A stretch of DNA of 64,000 bases, from positions 310,001 through 374,000 of the forward strand of contig OZ176050.1 in assembly GCA_964247055.1 (NCBI GenBank). The letters run 5' to 3'. The notes under the pieces are model-generated. The model worked only from the letters and a program-made list of their open reading frames with translations, did not search any database and was not told where the DNA came from. The position numbers and the translations under genes are program-made. The stretch is from Paragordius varius (taxonomy: Eukaryota > Animalia > Nematomorpha). Position 1 is the stretch's first letter. Every line of letters starts with the position of its first letter. This document shows positions 12,701 through 26,039 of this stretch, in pieces.

Positions 12701-15040
12701 TTTTTAAATATTTAAAAAATTCAAAAAAATTACATTTATACTCCGATCTCGACAATATTTGGGGTGATGATGGAACTACCATAGGGCTACCCAAAAAAAA
12801 TTATGGTGACATCATTTGATCAAATTTGGATTTTAGGTAGCCATTTTTATTTTTAAAATCGTATAAAATAAATTTTTTAAATATTTAAAAAATTCATAAA
12901 AATTACATTTATATTCCGATCTCGAAAATATTTGGGGTGATGATGGAACTACCATAGGGCTACCCAAAAAAAATTATGGTGACATCACCTGATCAAATTT
13001 GGATTTTAGGTAGCCATTTTTATTTTTAAAATCGTATAAAATAAATTTTTTAAATATTTAAAAAATTCCTAAAAATTACATTTATAGTCCGATCCCCAAA
13101 ATATTTGGGGTGATGATGGAACTACCATAGGGCTACGCAAAAAAAAATATGGCGACATCACCTGATCAAATTTGGATTTTAGGTAGCCATTTTTATTTTT
13201 AAAATCGTATAAAATAAATTTTTTAAATATTTAAAAAATTCAAAAAAATTACATTTATAGTCCGATCCCCAAAGTATTCGGGGTGATGATGGAACTACCA
13301 TAGGGCTACCCAAAAAAATTATGGTGACATCACCTGATCAAATTTGGATTTTAGGTAGCCATTTTTATTTTTAAAATCGTATAAAATAAATTTTTTAAAT
13401 ATTTAAAAAATTCATAAAAATTACATTTATACTCCGATCTCGAAAATATTTGGGGTGATGATGGAACTACCATAGGGCTGCCCAAAAAAAATTATGGTGA
13501 CATCACCTGATCAAATTTGGATTTTAGGTAGCCATTTTTATTTTTAAAATCGTATAAAATAAATTTTTTAAATATTTAAAAAATTCATAAAAATTACATT
13601 TATACTCCGATCTCGAAAATATTTGGGGTGATGATGGAACTACCATAGGGCTACCCAAAAAAAATTATGGTGACATCACCTGATCAAATTTGGATTTTAG
13701 GTAGCCATTTTTATTTTTAAAATCGTATAATATAAATTTTTTAAATATTTAAAAAATTCATAAAAATTACATTTATACTCCGATCTCGAAAATAATTGGG
13801 GTGATGATGGAACTACCATAGGGCTACCCAAAAAAAATTATGGTGACATCACCTGATCAAATTTGGATTTTAGGTAGCCATTTTTATTTTTAAAATCGTA
13901 TAAAATAAATTTTTTAAATATTTAAAAACTTCATAAAAATTACATTTATAGTCCGATCCCCAAAATATTTGGGGTGATGATGGAACTACCATAGGGCTAC
14001 CCAAAAAAAATTATGACGACATCACCTCATCAAATTTGGATTTTAGGTAGCCATTTTTATTTTTAAAATCGTATAAAATAAATTTTTTAAATATTTAAAA
14101 AATTCAAAAAAATTACATTTATACTCCGATCCCCAAAATATTTGGGGTGATGATGGAACTACCATAGGGCTACCCAAAAAAAATTATGACGACATCACCT
14201 CATCAAATTTGGATTTTAGGTAGCCATTTTTATTTTTAAAATCGTATAAAATAAATTTTTTAAATATTTAAAAAATTCAAAAAAATTACATTTATACTCC
14301 GATCTCGAAAATATTTGGGGTGATGATGGAACTACCATAGGGCTACCCAAAAAAAATTATGGCGACATCACCTGATCAAATTTGGATTTTAGGTAGCCAT
14401 TTTTATTTTTAAAATCGTATAAAATAAATTTTTTAAATATTTAAAAAATTCAAAAAAATTACATTTATACTCCGATCTCGAAAATATTTGGGGTGATGAT
14501 GGAACTACCATAGGGCTGCCCAAAAAAAATTATGGTGACATCACCTGATCAAATTTGGATTTTAGGTAGCCATTTTTATTTTTAAAATCGTATAAAATAA
14601 ATTTTTTAAATATTTAAAAAATTCATAAAAATTACATTTATACTCCGATCTCGAAAATATTTGGGGTGATGATGGAACTACTATAGGGCTACCCAAAAAA
14701 AATTATGGCGACATCACCTGATCAAATTTGGATTTTAGGTAGCCATTTTTATTTTTAAAATCGTATAAAATAAATTTTTTAAATATTTAAAAACTTCATA
14801 AAAATTACATTTATAGTCCGATCCCCAAAATATTTGGGGTGATGATGGAACTACCATAGGGCTACCCAAAAAAAATTATGACGACATCACCTCATCAAAT
14901 TTGGATTTTAGGTAGCCATTTTTATTTTTAAAATCGTATAAAATAAATTTTTTAAATATTTAAAAAATTCAAAAAAATTACATTTATACTCCGATCTCGA
15001 AAATATTTGGGGTGATGATGGAACTACCATAGGGCTACCC
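9711..15040 (-). repeat. 21-monomer-offset duplication (3,625 bp): 9,711-~11,415 repeated at 13,336-~15,040
   Basis: ggctgccc at 9,851/13,476, plus tataatataa, aaaataattggg, aaaacttcat and atgacgacatcacctcatc in the same order. Confidence 0.88.
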
Positions 15041-17470
15041 AAAAAAAATTATGGCGACATCACCTGATCAAATTTGGATTTTAGGTAGCCATTTTTATTT
15101 TTAAAATCGTATAAAATAAATTTTTTAAATATTTAAAAAATTCAAAAAAATTACATTTATACTCCGATCTCGAAAATATTTGGGGTGATGATGGAACTAC
15201 CATAGGGCTGCCCAAAAAAAATTATGGTGACATCACCTGATCAAATTTGGATTTTAGGTAGCCATTTTTATTTTTAAAATCGTATAAAATAAATTTTTTA
15301 AATATTTAAAAAATTCATAAAAATTACATTTATACTCCGATCTCGAAAATATTTGGGGTGATGATGGAACTACTATAGGGCTACCCAAAAAAAATTATGG
15401 CGACATCACCTGATCAAATTTGGATTTAGGTAGCCATTTTTATTTTTAAAATCGTATAAAATAATATTTTTAAATATTTAAAAAATTCAAAAAAATTACA
15501 TTTATACTCCGATCTCGACAATATTTGGGGTGATGATGGAACTACCATAGGGCTACCCAAAAAAAATTATGGTGACATCACCTGATCAAATTTGGATTTT
15601 AGGTAGCCATTTTTATTTTTAAAATCGTATAAAATAAATTTTTTAAATATTTAAAAACTTCATAAAAATTACATTTATAGTCCGATCCCCAAAATATTCG
15701 GGGTGATGATGGAACTACCATAGGGCTACCCAAAAAAATTATGGTGACATCACCTGATCAAATTTGGATTTTAGGTAGCCATTTTTATTTTTAAAATCGT
15801 ATAAAATAAATTTTTTAAATATTTAAAAAATTCATAAAAATTACAATACTCCGATCTCGAAAATATTTGGGGTGATGATGGAACTACCATAGGGCTACCC
15901 AAAAAAAATTATGGCGACATCACCTGATCAAATTTGGATTTTAGGTAGCCATTTTTATTTTTAAAATCGTATAAAATAAATTTTTTAAATATTTAAAAAA
16001 TTCATAAAAAATACATTTATACTCCGATCTCGAAAATATTTGGGGTGATGATGGAACTACCATAGGGCTACCCAAAAAAAATTATGGTGACATCACCTGA
16101 TCAAATTTGGATTTTAGGTAGCCATTTTTATTTTTAAAATCGTATAAAATAAATTTTTTAAATATTTAAAAAATTCATAAAAATTACATTTATACTCCGA
16201 TCTCGAAAATATTTGGGGTGATGATGGAACTACCATAGGGCTACCCAAAAAAATTATAGTGACATCACCTGATCAAATTTGGATTTTAGGTAGCCATTTT
16301 TATTTTTAAAATCGTATAAAATAAATTTTTTAAATATTTAAAAAATTCATAAAAATTACATTTATACTCTGATCTCGAAAATATTTGGGGTGATGATGGA
16401 ACTACCATAGGGCTACCCAAAAAAAATTATGGTGACATCACCTGATCAAATTTGGATTTTAGGTAGCCATTTTTTAAAATCGTATAAAATAAATTTTTTA
16501 AATATTTAAAAAATTCATAAAAATTACATTTATAGTCCGATCCCCAAAATATTTGGGGTGATGATGGAACTACCATAGGGCTACCCAAAAAAATTATAGT
16601 GACATCACCTGATCAAATTTGGATTTTAGGTAGCCATTTTTATTTTTAAAATCGTATAAAATAAATTTTTTAAATATTTAAAAAATTCATAAAAATTACA
16701 TTTATACTCCGATCTCGAAAATATTTGGGGTGATGATGGAACTAACATAGGGCTACCCAAAAAAAATTATGGTGACATCACCTGATCAAATTTGGATTTT
16801 AGGTAGCCATTTTTATTTATAAAATCGTATAAAATAAATTTTTTAAATATTTAAAAAATTCATAAAAATTACATTTATACTCCGATCTCGAAAATATTTG
16901 GGGTGATGATGGAACTAACATAGGGCTACCCAAAAAAAATTATGGTGACATCACCTGATCAAATTTGGATTTTAGGTAGCCATTTTTATTTTTAAAATCG
17001 TATAAAATAAATTTTTTAAATATTTAAAAAATTCATAAAAATTACATTTATACTCCGATCTCGAAAATATTTGGGGTGATGATGGAACTACCATAGGGCT
17101 ACCCAAAAAAAATTATGGTGATATCACCTGATCAAATTTGGATTTTAGGTAGCCATTTTTATTTTTAAAATCGTATAAAATAAATTTTTTAAATATTTAA
17201 AAAATTCATAAAAATTACATTTATACTCCGATCTCGAAAATATTTGGGGTGATGATGGAACTCCCATAGGGCTACCCAAAAAAAATTATGGCGACATCAC
17301 CTGATCAAATTTGGATTTTAGGTAGCCATTTTTATTTTTAAAATCGTATAAAATAAATTTTTTAAATATTTAAAAAATTCAAAAAAATTACATTTATACT
17401 CCGATCTCGACAATATTTGGGGTGATGATGGAACTACCATAGGGCTACCCAAAAAAAATTATGGTGACAT
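11580..17470 (-). repeat. 27-monomer-offset duplication (4,658 bp): ~11,580-12,810 repeated at ~16,240-17,470
   Basis: ctgatctcg at 11,711/16,369 and atatcacc at 12,463/17,121, plus the 5-bp-deleted gccattttttaaaatc monomer and the aactaacat pair. The left copy has several extra private SNPs. Confidence 0.82.
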
Positions 17471-19099
17471 CACCTGATCAAATTTGGATTTTAGGTAGCC
17501 ATTTTTATTTTTAAAATCGTATAAAATAAATTTTTTAAATATTTAAAAAATTCATAAAAATTACATTTATACTCCGATCTCGAAAATATTTGGGGTGATG
17601 ATGGAACTACCATAGGGCTGCCCAAAAAAAATTATGGTGACATCACCTGATCAAATTTATTTTTAAAATCGTATAAAATAAATTTTTTAAATATTTAAAA
17701 AATTCATAAAAATTACATTTATACTCCGATCTCGAAAATATTTGGGGTGATGATGGAACTACCATAGGGCTACCCAAAAAAAATTATGGTGACATCACCT
17801 GATCAAATTTGGATTTTAGGTAGCCATTTTTATTTTTAAAATCGTATAAAATAAATTTTTTAAATATTTAAAAAATTCAAAAAAATTACATTTATACTCC
17901 GATCTCGACAATATTTGGGGTGATGATGGAACTACCATAGGGCTACCCAAAAAAAATTATGGTGACATCACCTGATCAAATTTGGATTTTAGGTAGCCAT
18001 TTTTATTTTTAAAATCGTATAAAATAAATTTTTTAAATATTTAAAAAATTCATAAAAATTACATTTATACCCCGATCTCGAAAATATTTGGGGTGATGAT
18101 GGAACTACCATAGGGCTACCTTAAAAAATTATGGTGACATCACCTGATCAAATTTGGATTTTAGGTAGCCATTTTTATTTTTAAAATCGTATAAAATAAA
18201 TTTTTTAAATATTTAAAAAATTCATAAAAATTACATTTATACTCCGATCTCGAAAATATTTGGGGTGATGATGGAACTACTATAGGGCTACCCAAAAAAA
18301 ATTATGGCGACATCACCTGATCAAATTTGGATTTTAGGTAGCCATTTTTATTTTTAAAATCGTATAAAATAATATTTTTAAATATTTAAAAAATTCAAAA
18401 AAATTACATTTATACTCCGATCTCGACAATATTTATGGTGATGATGGAACTACCATAGAGCTACCCAAAAAAAATTATGGTGACATCACCTGATCAAATT
18501 TGGATTTTAGGTAGCCATTTTTATTTTTAAAATCGTATAAAATAAATTTTTTAAATATTTAAAAAATTCATAAAAATTACATTTATACTCCGATCTCGAA
18601 AATATTTGGGGTGATGATGGAACTACCATAGGGCTACCCAAAAAAAATTATGGTGACATCACCTGATCAAATTTGGATTTTAGGTAGCCATTTTTATTTT
18701 TAAAATCGTATAAAATAAATCTTTTAAATATTTAAAAAATTCATAAAAATTACATTTATACTCCGATCTCGAAAATATTTGGGGTGATGATGGAACTACC
18801 ATAGGGCTACCCAAAAAAAATTATGGTGACATCACCTGATCAAATTTGGATTTTAGGTAGCCATTTTTATTTTTAAAATCGTATAAAATAAATTTTTTAA
18901 ATATTTAAAAAATTCATAAAAATTACATTTATATTCCGATCTCGAAAATATTTGGGGTGATGATGGAACTACCATAGGGCTACCCAAAAAAAATTATGGT
19001 GACATCACCTGATCAAATTTGGATTTTAGGTAGCCATTTTTATTTTTAAAATCGTATAAAATAAATTTTTTAAATATTTAAAAAATTCATAAAAATTAC

Positions 19100-22000
19100 A
19101 TTTATAGTCCGATCCCCAAAATATTTAGGGTGATGATGGAACTACCATAGGGCTACGCAAAAAAAATTATGGCGACATCACCTGATCAAATTTGGATTTT
19201 AGGTAGCCATTTTTATTTTTAAAATCGTATAAAATAAATTTTTTAAATATTTAAAAAATTCAAAAAAATTACATTTATAGTCCGATCCCCAAAGTATTCG
19301 GGGTGATGATGGAACTACCATAGGGCTACCCAAAAAAATTATGATGACATCACCTGATCAAATTTGGATTTTAGGTAGCCATTTTTATTTTTAAAATCGT
19401 ATAAAATAAATTTTTTAAATATTTAAAAAATTCATAAAAATTACATTTATACTCCGATCTCGAAAATATTTGGGGTGATGATGGAACTACCATAGGGCTG
19501 CCCCAAAAAAATTATGGTGACATCACCTGATCAAATTTATTTTTAAAATCGTATAAAATAAATTTTTTAAATATTTAAAAAATTCATAAAAATTACATTT
19601 ATACTCCGATCTCGAAAATATTTGGGGTGATGATGGAACTACCATAGGGCTACCCAAAAAAAATTATGGTGACATCACCTGATCAAATTTGGATTTTAGG
19701 TAGCCATTTTTATTTTTAAAATCGTATAAAATAAATTTTTTAAATATTTAAAAAATTCATAAAAATTACATTTATACTCCGATCTCGAAAATATTTGGGG
19801 TGATGATGGAACTACCATAGGGCTACCCAAAAAAAATTATGGTGACATCACCTGATCAAATTTGGATTTTAGGTAGCCATTTTTATTTTTAAAATCGTAT
19901 AAAATAAATTTTTTAAATATTTAAAAAATTCATAAAAATTACATTTATACCCCGATCTCGAAAATATTTGGGGTGATGATGGAACTACCATAGGGCTACC
20001 TTAAAAAATTATGGTGACATCACCTGATCAAATTTGGATTTTAGGTAGCCATTTTTATTTTTAAAATCGTATAAAATAAATTTTTTAAATATTTAAAAAA
20101 TTCATAAAAATTACATTTATACTCCGATCTCGAAAATATTTGGGGTGATGATGGAACTACTATAGGGCTACCCAAAAAAAATTATGGCGACATCACCTGA
20201 TCAAATTTGGATTTTAGGTAGCCATTTTTATTTTTAAAATCGTATAAAATAATATTTTTAAATATTTAAAAAATTCAAAAAAATTACATTTATACTCCGA
20301 TCTCGACAATATTTATGGTGATGATGGAACTACCATAGAGCTACCCAAAAAAAATTATGGTGACATCACCTGATCAAATTTGGATTTTAGGTAGCCATTT
20401 TTATTTTTAAAATCGTATAAAATAAATTTTTTAAATATTTAAAAAATTCATAAAAATTACATTTATACTCCGATCTCGAAAATATTTGGGGTGATGATGG
20501 AACTACCATAGGGCTGCCCAAAAAAAATTATGGTGACATCACCTGATCAAATTTGGATTTTAGGTAGCCATTTTTATTTTTAAAATCGTATAAAATAAAT
20601 TTTTTAAATATTTAAAAAATTCATAAAAATTACATTTATACTCCGATCTCGAAAATATTTGGGGTGATGATGGAACTACCATAGGGCTACCCAAAAAAAA
20701 TTATGGTGACATCACCTGATCAAATTTGGATTTTAGGTAGCCATTTTTATTTTTAAAATCGTATAATATAAATTTTTTAAATATTTAAAAAATTCATAAA
20801 AATTACATTTATACTCCGATCTCGAAAATATTTGGGGTGATGATGGAACTACCATAGGGCTACCCAAAAAAAATTATGGTGACATCACCTGATCAAATTT
20901 GGATTTTAGGTAGCCATTTTTATTTTTAAAATCGTATAAAATAAATTTTTTAAATATTTAAAAACTTCATAAAAATTACATTTATAGTCCGATCCCCAAA
21001 ATATTTGGGGTGATGATGGAACTACCATAGGGCTACCCAAAAAAAATTATGACGACATCACCTCATTAAATTTGGATTTTAGGTAGCCATTTTTATTTTT
21101 AAAATCGTATAAAATAAATTTTTTAAATATTTAAAAAATTCAAAAAAATTACATTTATACTCCGATCTCGAAAATATTTGGGGTGATGATGGAACTACCA
21201 TAGGGCTACCCAAAAAAAATTATGGCGACATCACCTGATCAAATTTGGATTTTAGGTAGCCATTTTTATTTTTAAAATCGTATAAAATAAATTTTTTAAA
21301 TATTTAAAAAATTCAAAAAAATTACATTTATACTCCGATCTCGAAAATATTTGGGGTGATGATGGAACTACCATAGGGCTGCCCAAAAAAAATTATGGTG
21401 ACATCACCTGATCAAATTTGGATTTTAGGTAGCCATTTTTATTTTTAAAATCGTATAAAATAAATTTTTTAAATATTTAAAAAATTCATAAAAATTACAT
21501 TTATACTCCGATCTCGAAAATATTTGGGGTGATGATGGAACTACCATAGGGCTGCCCCAAAAAAATTATGGTGACATCACCTGATCAAATTTATTTTTAA
21601 AATCGTATAAAATAAATTTTTTAAATATTTAAAAAATTCATAAAAATTACATTTATACTCCGATCTCGAAAATATTTGGGGTGATGATGGAACTACCATA
21701 GGGCTACCCAAAAAAAATTATGGCGACATCACCTGATCAAATTTGGATTTTAGGTAGCCATTTTTATTTTTAAAATCGTATAAAATAAATTTTTTAAATA
21801 TTTAAAAAATTCATAAAAATTACATTTATACTCCGATCTCGAAAATATTTGGGGTGATGATGGAACTACTATAGGGCTACCCAAAAAAAATTATGGCGAC
21901 ATCACCTGATCAAATTTGGATTTTAGGTAGCCATTTTTATTTTTAAAATCGTATAAAATAATATTTTTAAATATTTAAAAAATTCAAAAAAATTACATTT

Positions 22001-23430
22001 ATACTCCGATCTCGACAATATTTGGGGTGATGATGGAACTACCATAGGGCTACCCAAAAAAAATTATGGTGACATCACCTGATCAAATTTGGATTTTAGG
22101 TAGCCATTTTTATTTTTAAAATCGTATAAAATAAATTTTTTAAATATTTAAAAACTTCATAAAAATTACATTTATAGTCCGATCCCCAAAATATTTAGGG
22201 TGATGATGGAACTACCATAGGGCTACGCAAAAAAAATTATGGCGACATCACCTGATCAAATTTGGATTTTAGGTAGCCATTTTTATTTTTAAAATCGTAT
22301 AAAATAAATTTTTTAAATATTTAAAAAATTCAAAAAAATTACATTTATAGTCCGATCCCCAAAGTATTCGGGGTGATGATGGAACTACCATAGGGCTACC
22401 CAAAAAAATTATGATGACATCACCTGATCAAATTTGGATTTTAGGTAGCCATTTTTATTTTTAAAATCGTATAAAATAAATTTTTTAAATATTTAAAAAA
22501 TTCATAAAAATTACATTTATACTCCGATCTCGAAAATATTTGGGGTGATGATGGAACTACCATAGGGCTGCCCCAAAAAAATTATGGTGACATCACCTGA
22601 TCAAATTTATTTTTAAAATCGTATAAAATAAATTTTTTAAATATTTAAAAAATTCATAAAAATTACATTTATACTCCGATCTCGAAAATATTTGGGGTGA
22701 TGATGGAACTACCATAGGGCTACCCAAAAAAAATTATGGTGACATCACCTGATCAAATTTGGATTTTAGGTAGCCATTTTTATTTTTAAAATCGTATAAA
22801 ATAAATTTTTTAAATATTTAAAAAATTCATAAAAATTACATTTATACTCCGATCTCGAAAATATTTGGGGTGATGATGGAACTACCATAGGGCTACCCAA
22901 AAAAAATTATGGTGACATCACCTGATCAAATTTGGATTTTAGGTAGCCATTTTTATTTTTAAAATCGTATAAAATAAATTTTTTAAATATTTAAAAAATT
23001 CATAAAAATTACATTTATACCCCGATCTCGAAAATATTTGGGGTGATGATGGAACTACCATAGGGCTACCTTAAAAAATTATGGTGACATCACCTGATCA
23101 AATTTGGATTTTAGGTAGCCATTTTTATTTTTAAAATCGTATAAAATAAATTTTTTAAATATTTAAAAAATTCATAAAAATTACATTTATACTCCGATCT
23201 CGAAAATATTTGGGGTGATGATGGAACTACTATAGGGCTACCCAAAAAAAATTATGGCGACATCACCTGATCAAATTTGGATTTTAGGTAGCCATTTTTA
23301 TTTTTAAAATCGTATAAAATAATATTTTTAAATATTTAAAAAATTCAAAAAAATTACATTTATACTCCGATCTCGACAATATTTATGGTGATGATGGAAC
23401 TACCATAGAGCTACCCAAAAAAAATTATGG
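19100..23430 (-). repeat. Duplication at offset 3,070 bp: ~19,100-20,360 repeated at ~22,170-23,430
   Basis: atatttaggg at 19,121/22,191 and ttaaaaaatt after ctacc at 20,001/23,071, plus ggctacgc, aaagtattcg, the 21-bp deletion and atttatggtg...agagct. Confidence 0.85.
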
Positions 23431-26039
23431 CGACATCACCTGATCAAATTTGGATTTTAGGTAGCCATTTTTATTTTTAAAATCGTATAAAATAAATTTT
23501 TTAAATATTTAAAAAATTCATAAAAATTACATTTATTCTCCGATCTCGAAAATATTTGGGGTGATGATGGAACTACCATAGGGCTACCCAAAAAAAATTA
23601 TGGTGACATCACCTGATCAAATTTGGATTTTAGGTAGCCATTTTTATTTTTAAAATCGTATAAAATAAATCTTTTAAATATTTAAAAAATTCATAAAAAT
23701 TACATTTATACTCCGATCTCGAAAATATTTGGGGTGATGATGGAACTACCATAGGGCTGCCCAAAAAAAATTATGGTGACATCACCTGATCAAATTTGGA
23801 TTTTAGGTAGCCATTTTTATTTTTAAAATCGTATAAAATAAATTTTTTAAATATTTAAAAAATTCATAAAAATTACATTTATACTCCGATCTCGAAAATA
23901 TTTGGGGTGATGATGGAACTACCATAGGGCTACCCAAAAAAAATTATGGTGACATCACCTGATCAAATTTGGATTTTAGGTAGCCATTTTTATTTTTAAA
24001 ATCGTATAATATAAATTTTTTAAATATTTAAAAAATTCATAAAAATTACATTTATACTCCGATCTCGAAAATATTTGGGGTGATGATGGAACTACCATAG
24101 GGCTACCCAAAAAAAATTATGGTGACATCACCTGATCAAATTTGGATTTTAGGTAGCCATTTTTATTTTTAAAATCGTATAAAATAAATTTTTTAAATAT
24201 TTAAAAACTTCATAAAAATTACATTTATAGTCCGATCCCCAAAATATTTGGGGTGATGATGGAACTACCATAGGGCTACCCAAAAAAAATTATGACGACA
24301 TCACCTCATCAAATTTGGATTTTAGGTAGCCATTTTTATTTTTAAAATCGTATAAAATAAATTTTTTAAATATTTAAAAAATTCAAAAAAATTACATTTA
24401 TACTCCGATCTCGAAAATATTTGGAGTGATGATGGAACTACCATAGGGCTACCCAAAAAAAATTATGGCGACATCACCTGATCAAATTTGGATTTTAGGT
24501 AGCCATTTTTATTTTTAAAATCGTATAAAATAAATTTTTTAAATATTTAAAAAATTCAAAAAAATTACATTTATACTCCGATCTCGAAAATATTTGGGGT
24601 GATGATGGAACTACCATAGGGCTGCCCAAAAAAAATTATGGTGACATCACCTGATCAAATTTGGATTTTAGGTAGCCATTTTTATTTTTAAAATCGTATA
24701 AAATAAATTTTTTAAATATTTAAAAAATTCATAAAAATTACATTTATACTCCGATCTCGAAAATATTTGGGGTGATGATGGAACTACTATAGGGCTACCC
24801 AAAAAAAATTATGGCGACATCACCTGATCAAATTTGGATTTTAGGTAGCCATTTTTATTTTTAAAATCGTATAAAATAATATTTTTAAATATTTAAAAAA
24901 TTCAAAAAAATTACATTTATACTCCGATCTCGACAATATTTGGGGTGATGATGGAACTACCATAGGGCTACCCAAAAAAAATTATGGTGACATCACCTGA
25001 TCAAATTTGGATTTTAGGTAGCCATTTTTATTTTTAAAATCGTATAAAATAAATTTTTTAAATATTTAAAAACTTCATAAAAATTACATTTATACTCCGA
25101 TCTCGAAAATATTTGGGGTGATGATGGAACTACCATAGGGCTGCCCCAAAAAAATTATGGTGACATCACCTGATCAAATTTATTTTTAAAATCGTATAAA
25201 ATAAATTTTTTAAATATTTAAAAAATTCATAAAAATTACATTTATACTCCGATCTCGAAAATATTTGGGGTGATGATGGAACTACCATAGGGCTACCCCA
25301 AAAAAATTATGGTGACATCACCTGATCAAATTTGGATTTTAGGTAGCCATTTTTATTTTTAAAATCGTATAAAATAAATTTTTTAAATATTTAAAAAATT
25401 CATAAAAATTACATTTATACTCCGATCTCGAAAATATTTGGGGTGATGATGGAACTAACATAGGGCTACCCAAAAAAAATTATGGTGACATCACCTGATC
25501 AAATTTGGATTTTAGGTAGCCATTTTTATTTTTAAAATCGTATAAAATAAATTTTTTAAATATTTAAAAAATTCATAAAAATTACATTTATACTCCGATC
25601 TCGAAAATATTTGGGGTGATGATGGAACTACCATAGGGCTACCCAAAAAAAATTATGGTGACATCACCTGATCAAATTTGGATTTTAGGTAGCCATTTTT
25701 ATTTTTAAAATCGTATAAAATAAATTTTTTAAATATTTAAAAAATTCATAAAAATTACATTTATACTCCGATCTCGAAAATATTTGAGGTGATAATGGAA
25801 CAACCTAGGGCTACCCAAAAAAAATTATGGTGACATCACCTGATCAAATTTGGATTTTAGGTAGCCATTTATATTTTTAAAATCGTATAAAATAAATTTT
25901 TTAAATATTTAAAAAATTCAAAAAAATTACATTTAAAGTCCGATCTCAAAAATATTTGGGGATATGATGGAACTACCATAGGGCTACCCAAAAAAAATTA
26001 TGGCGAGATCACCTGATTAAATTTGGATTTTAGGTAGCC

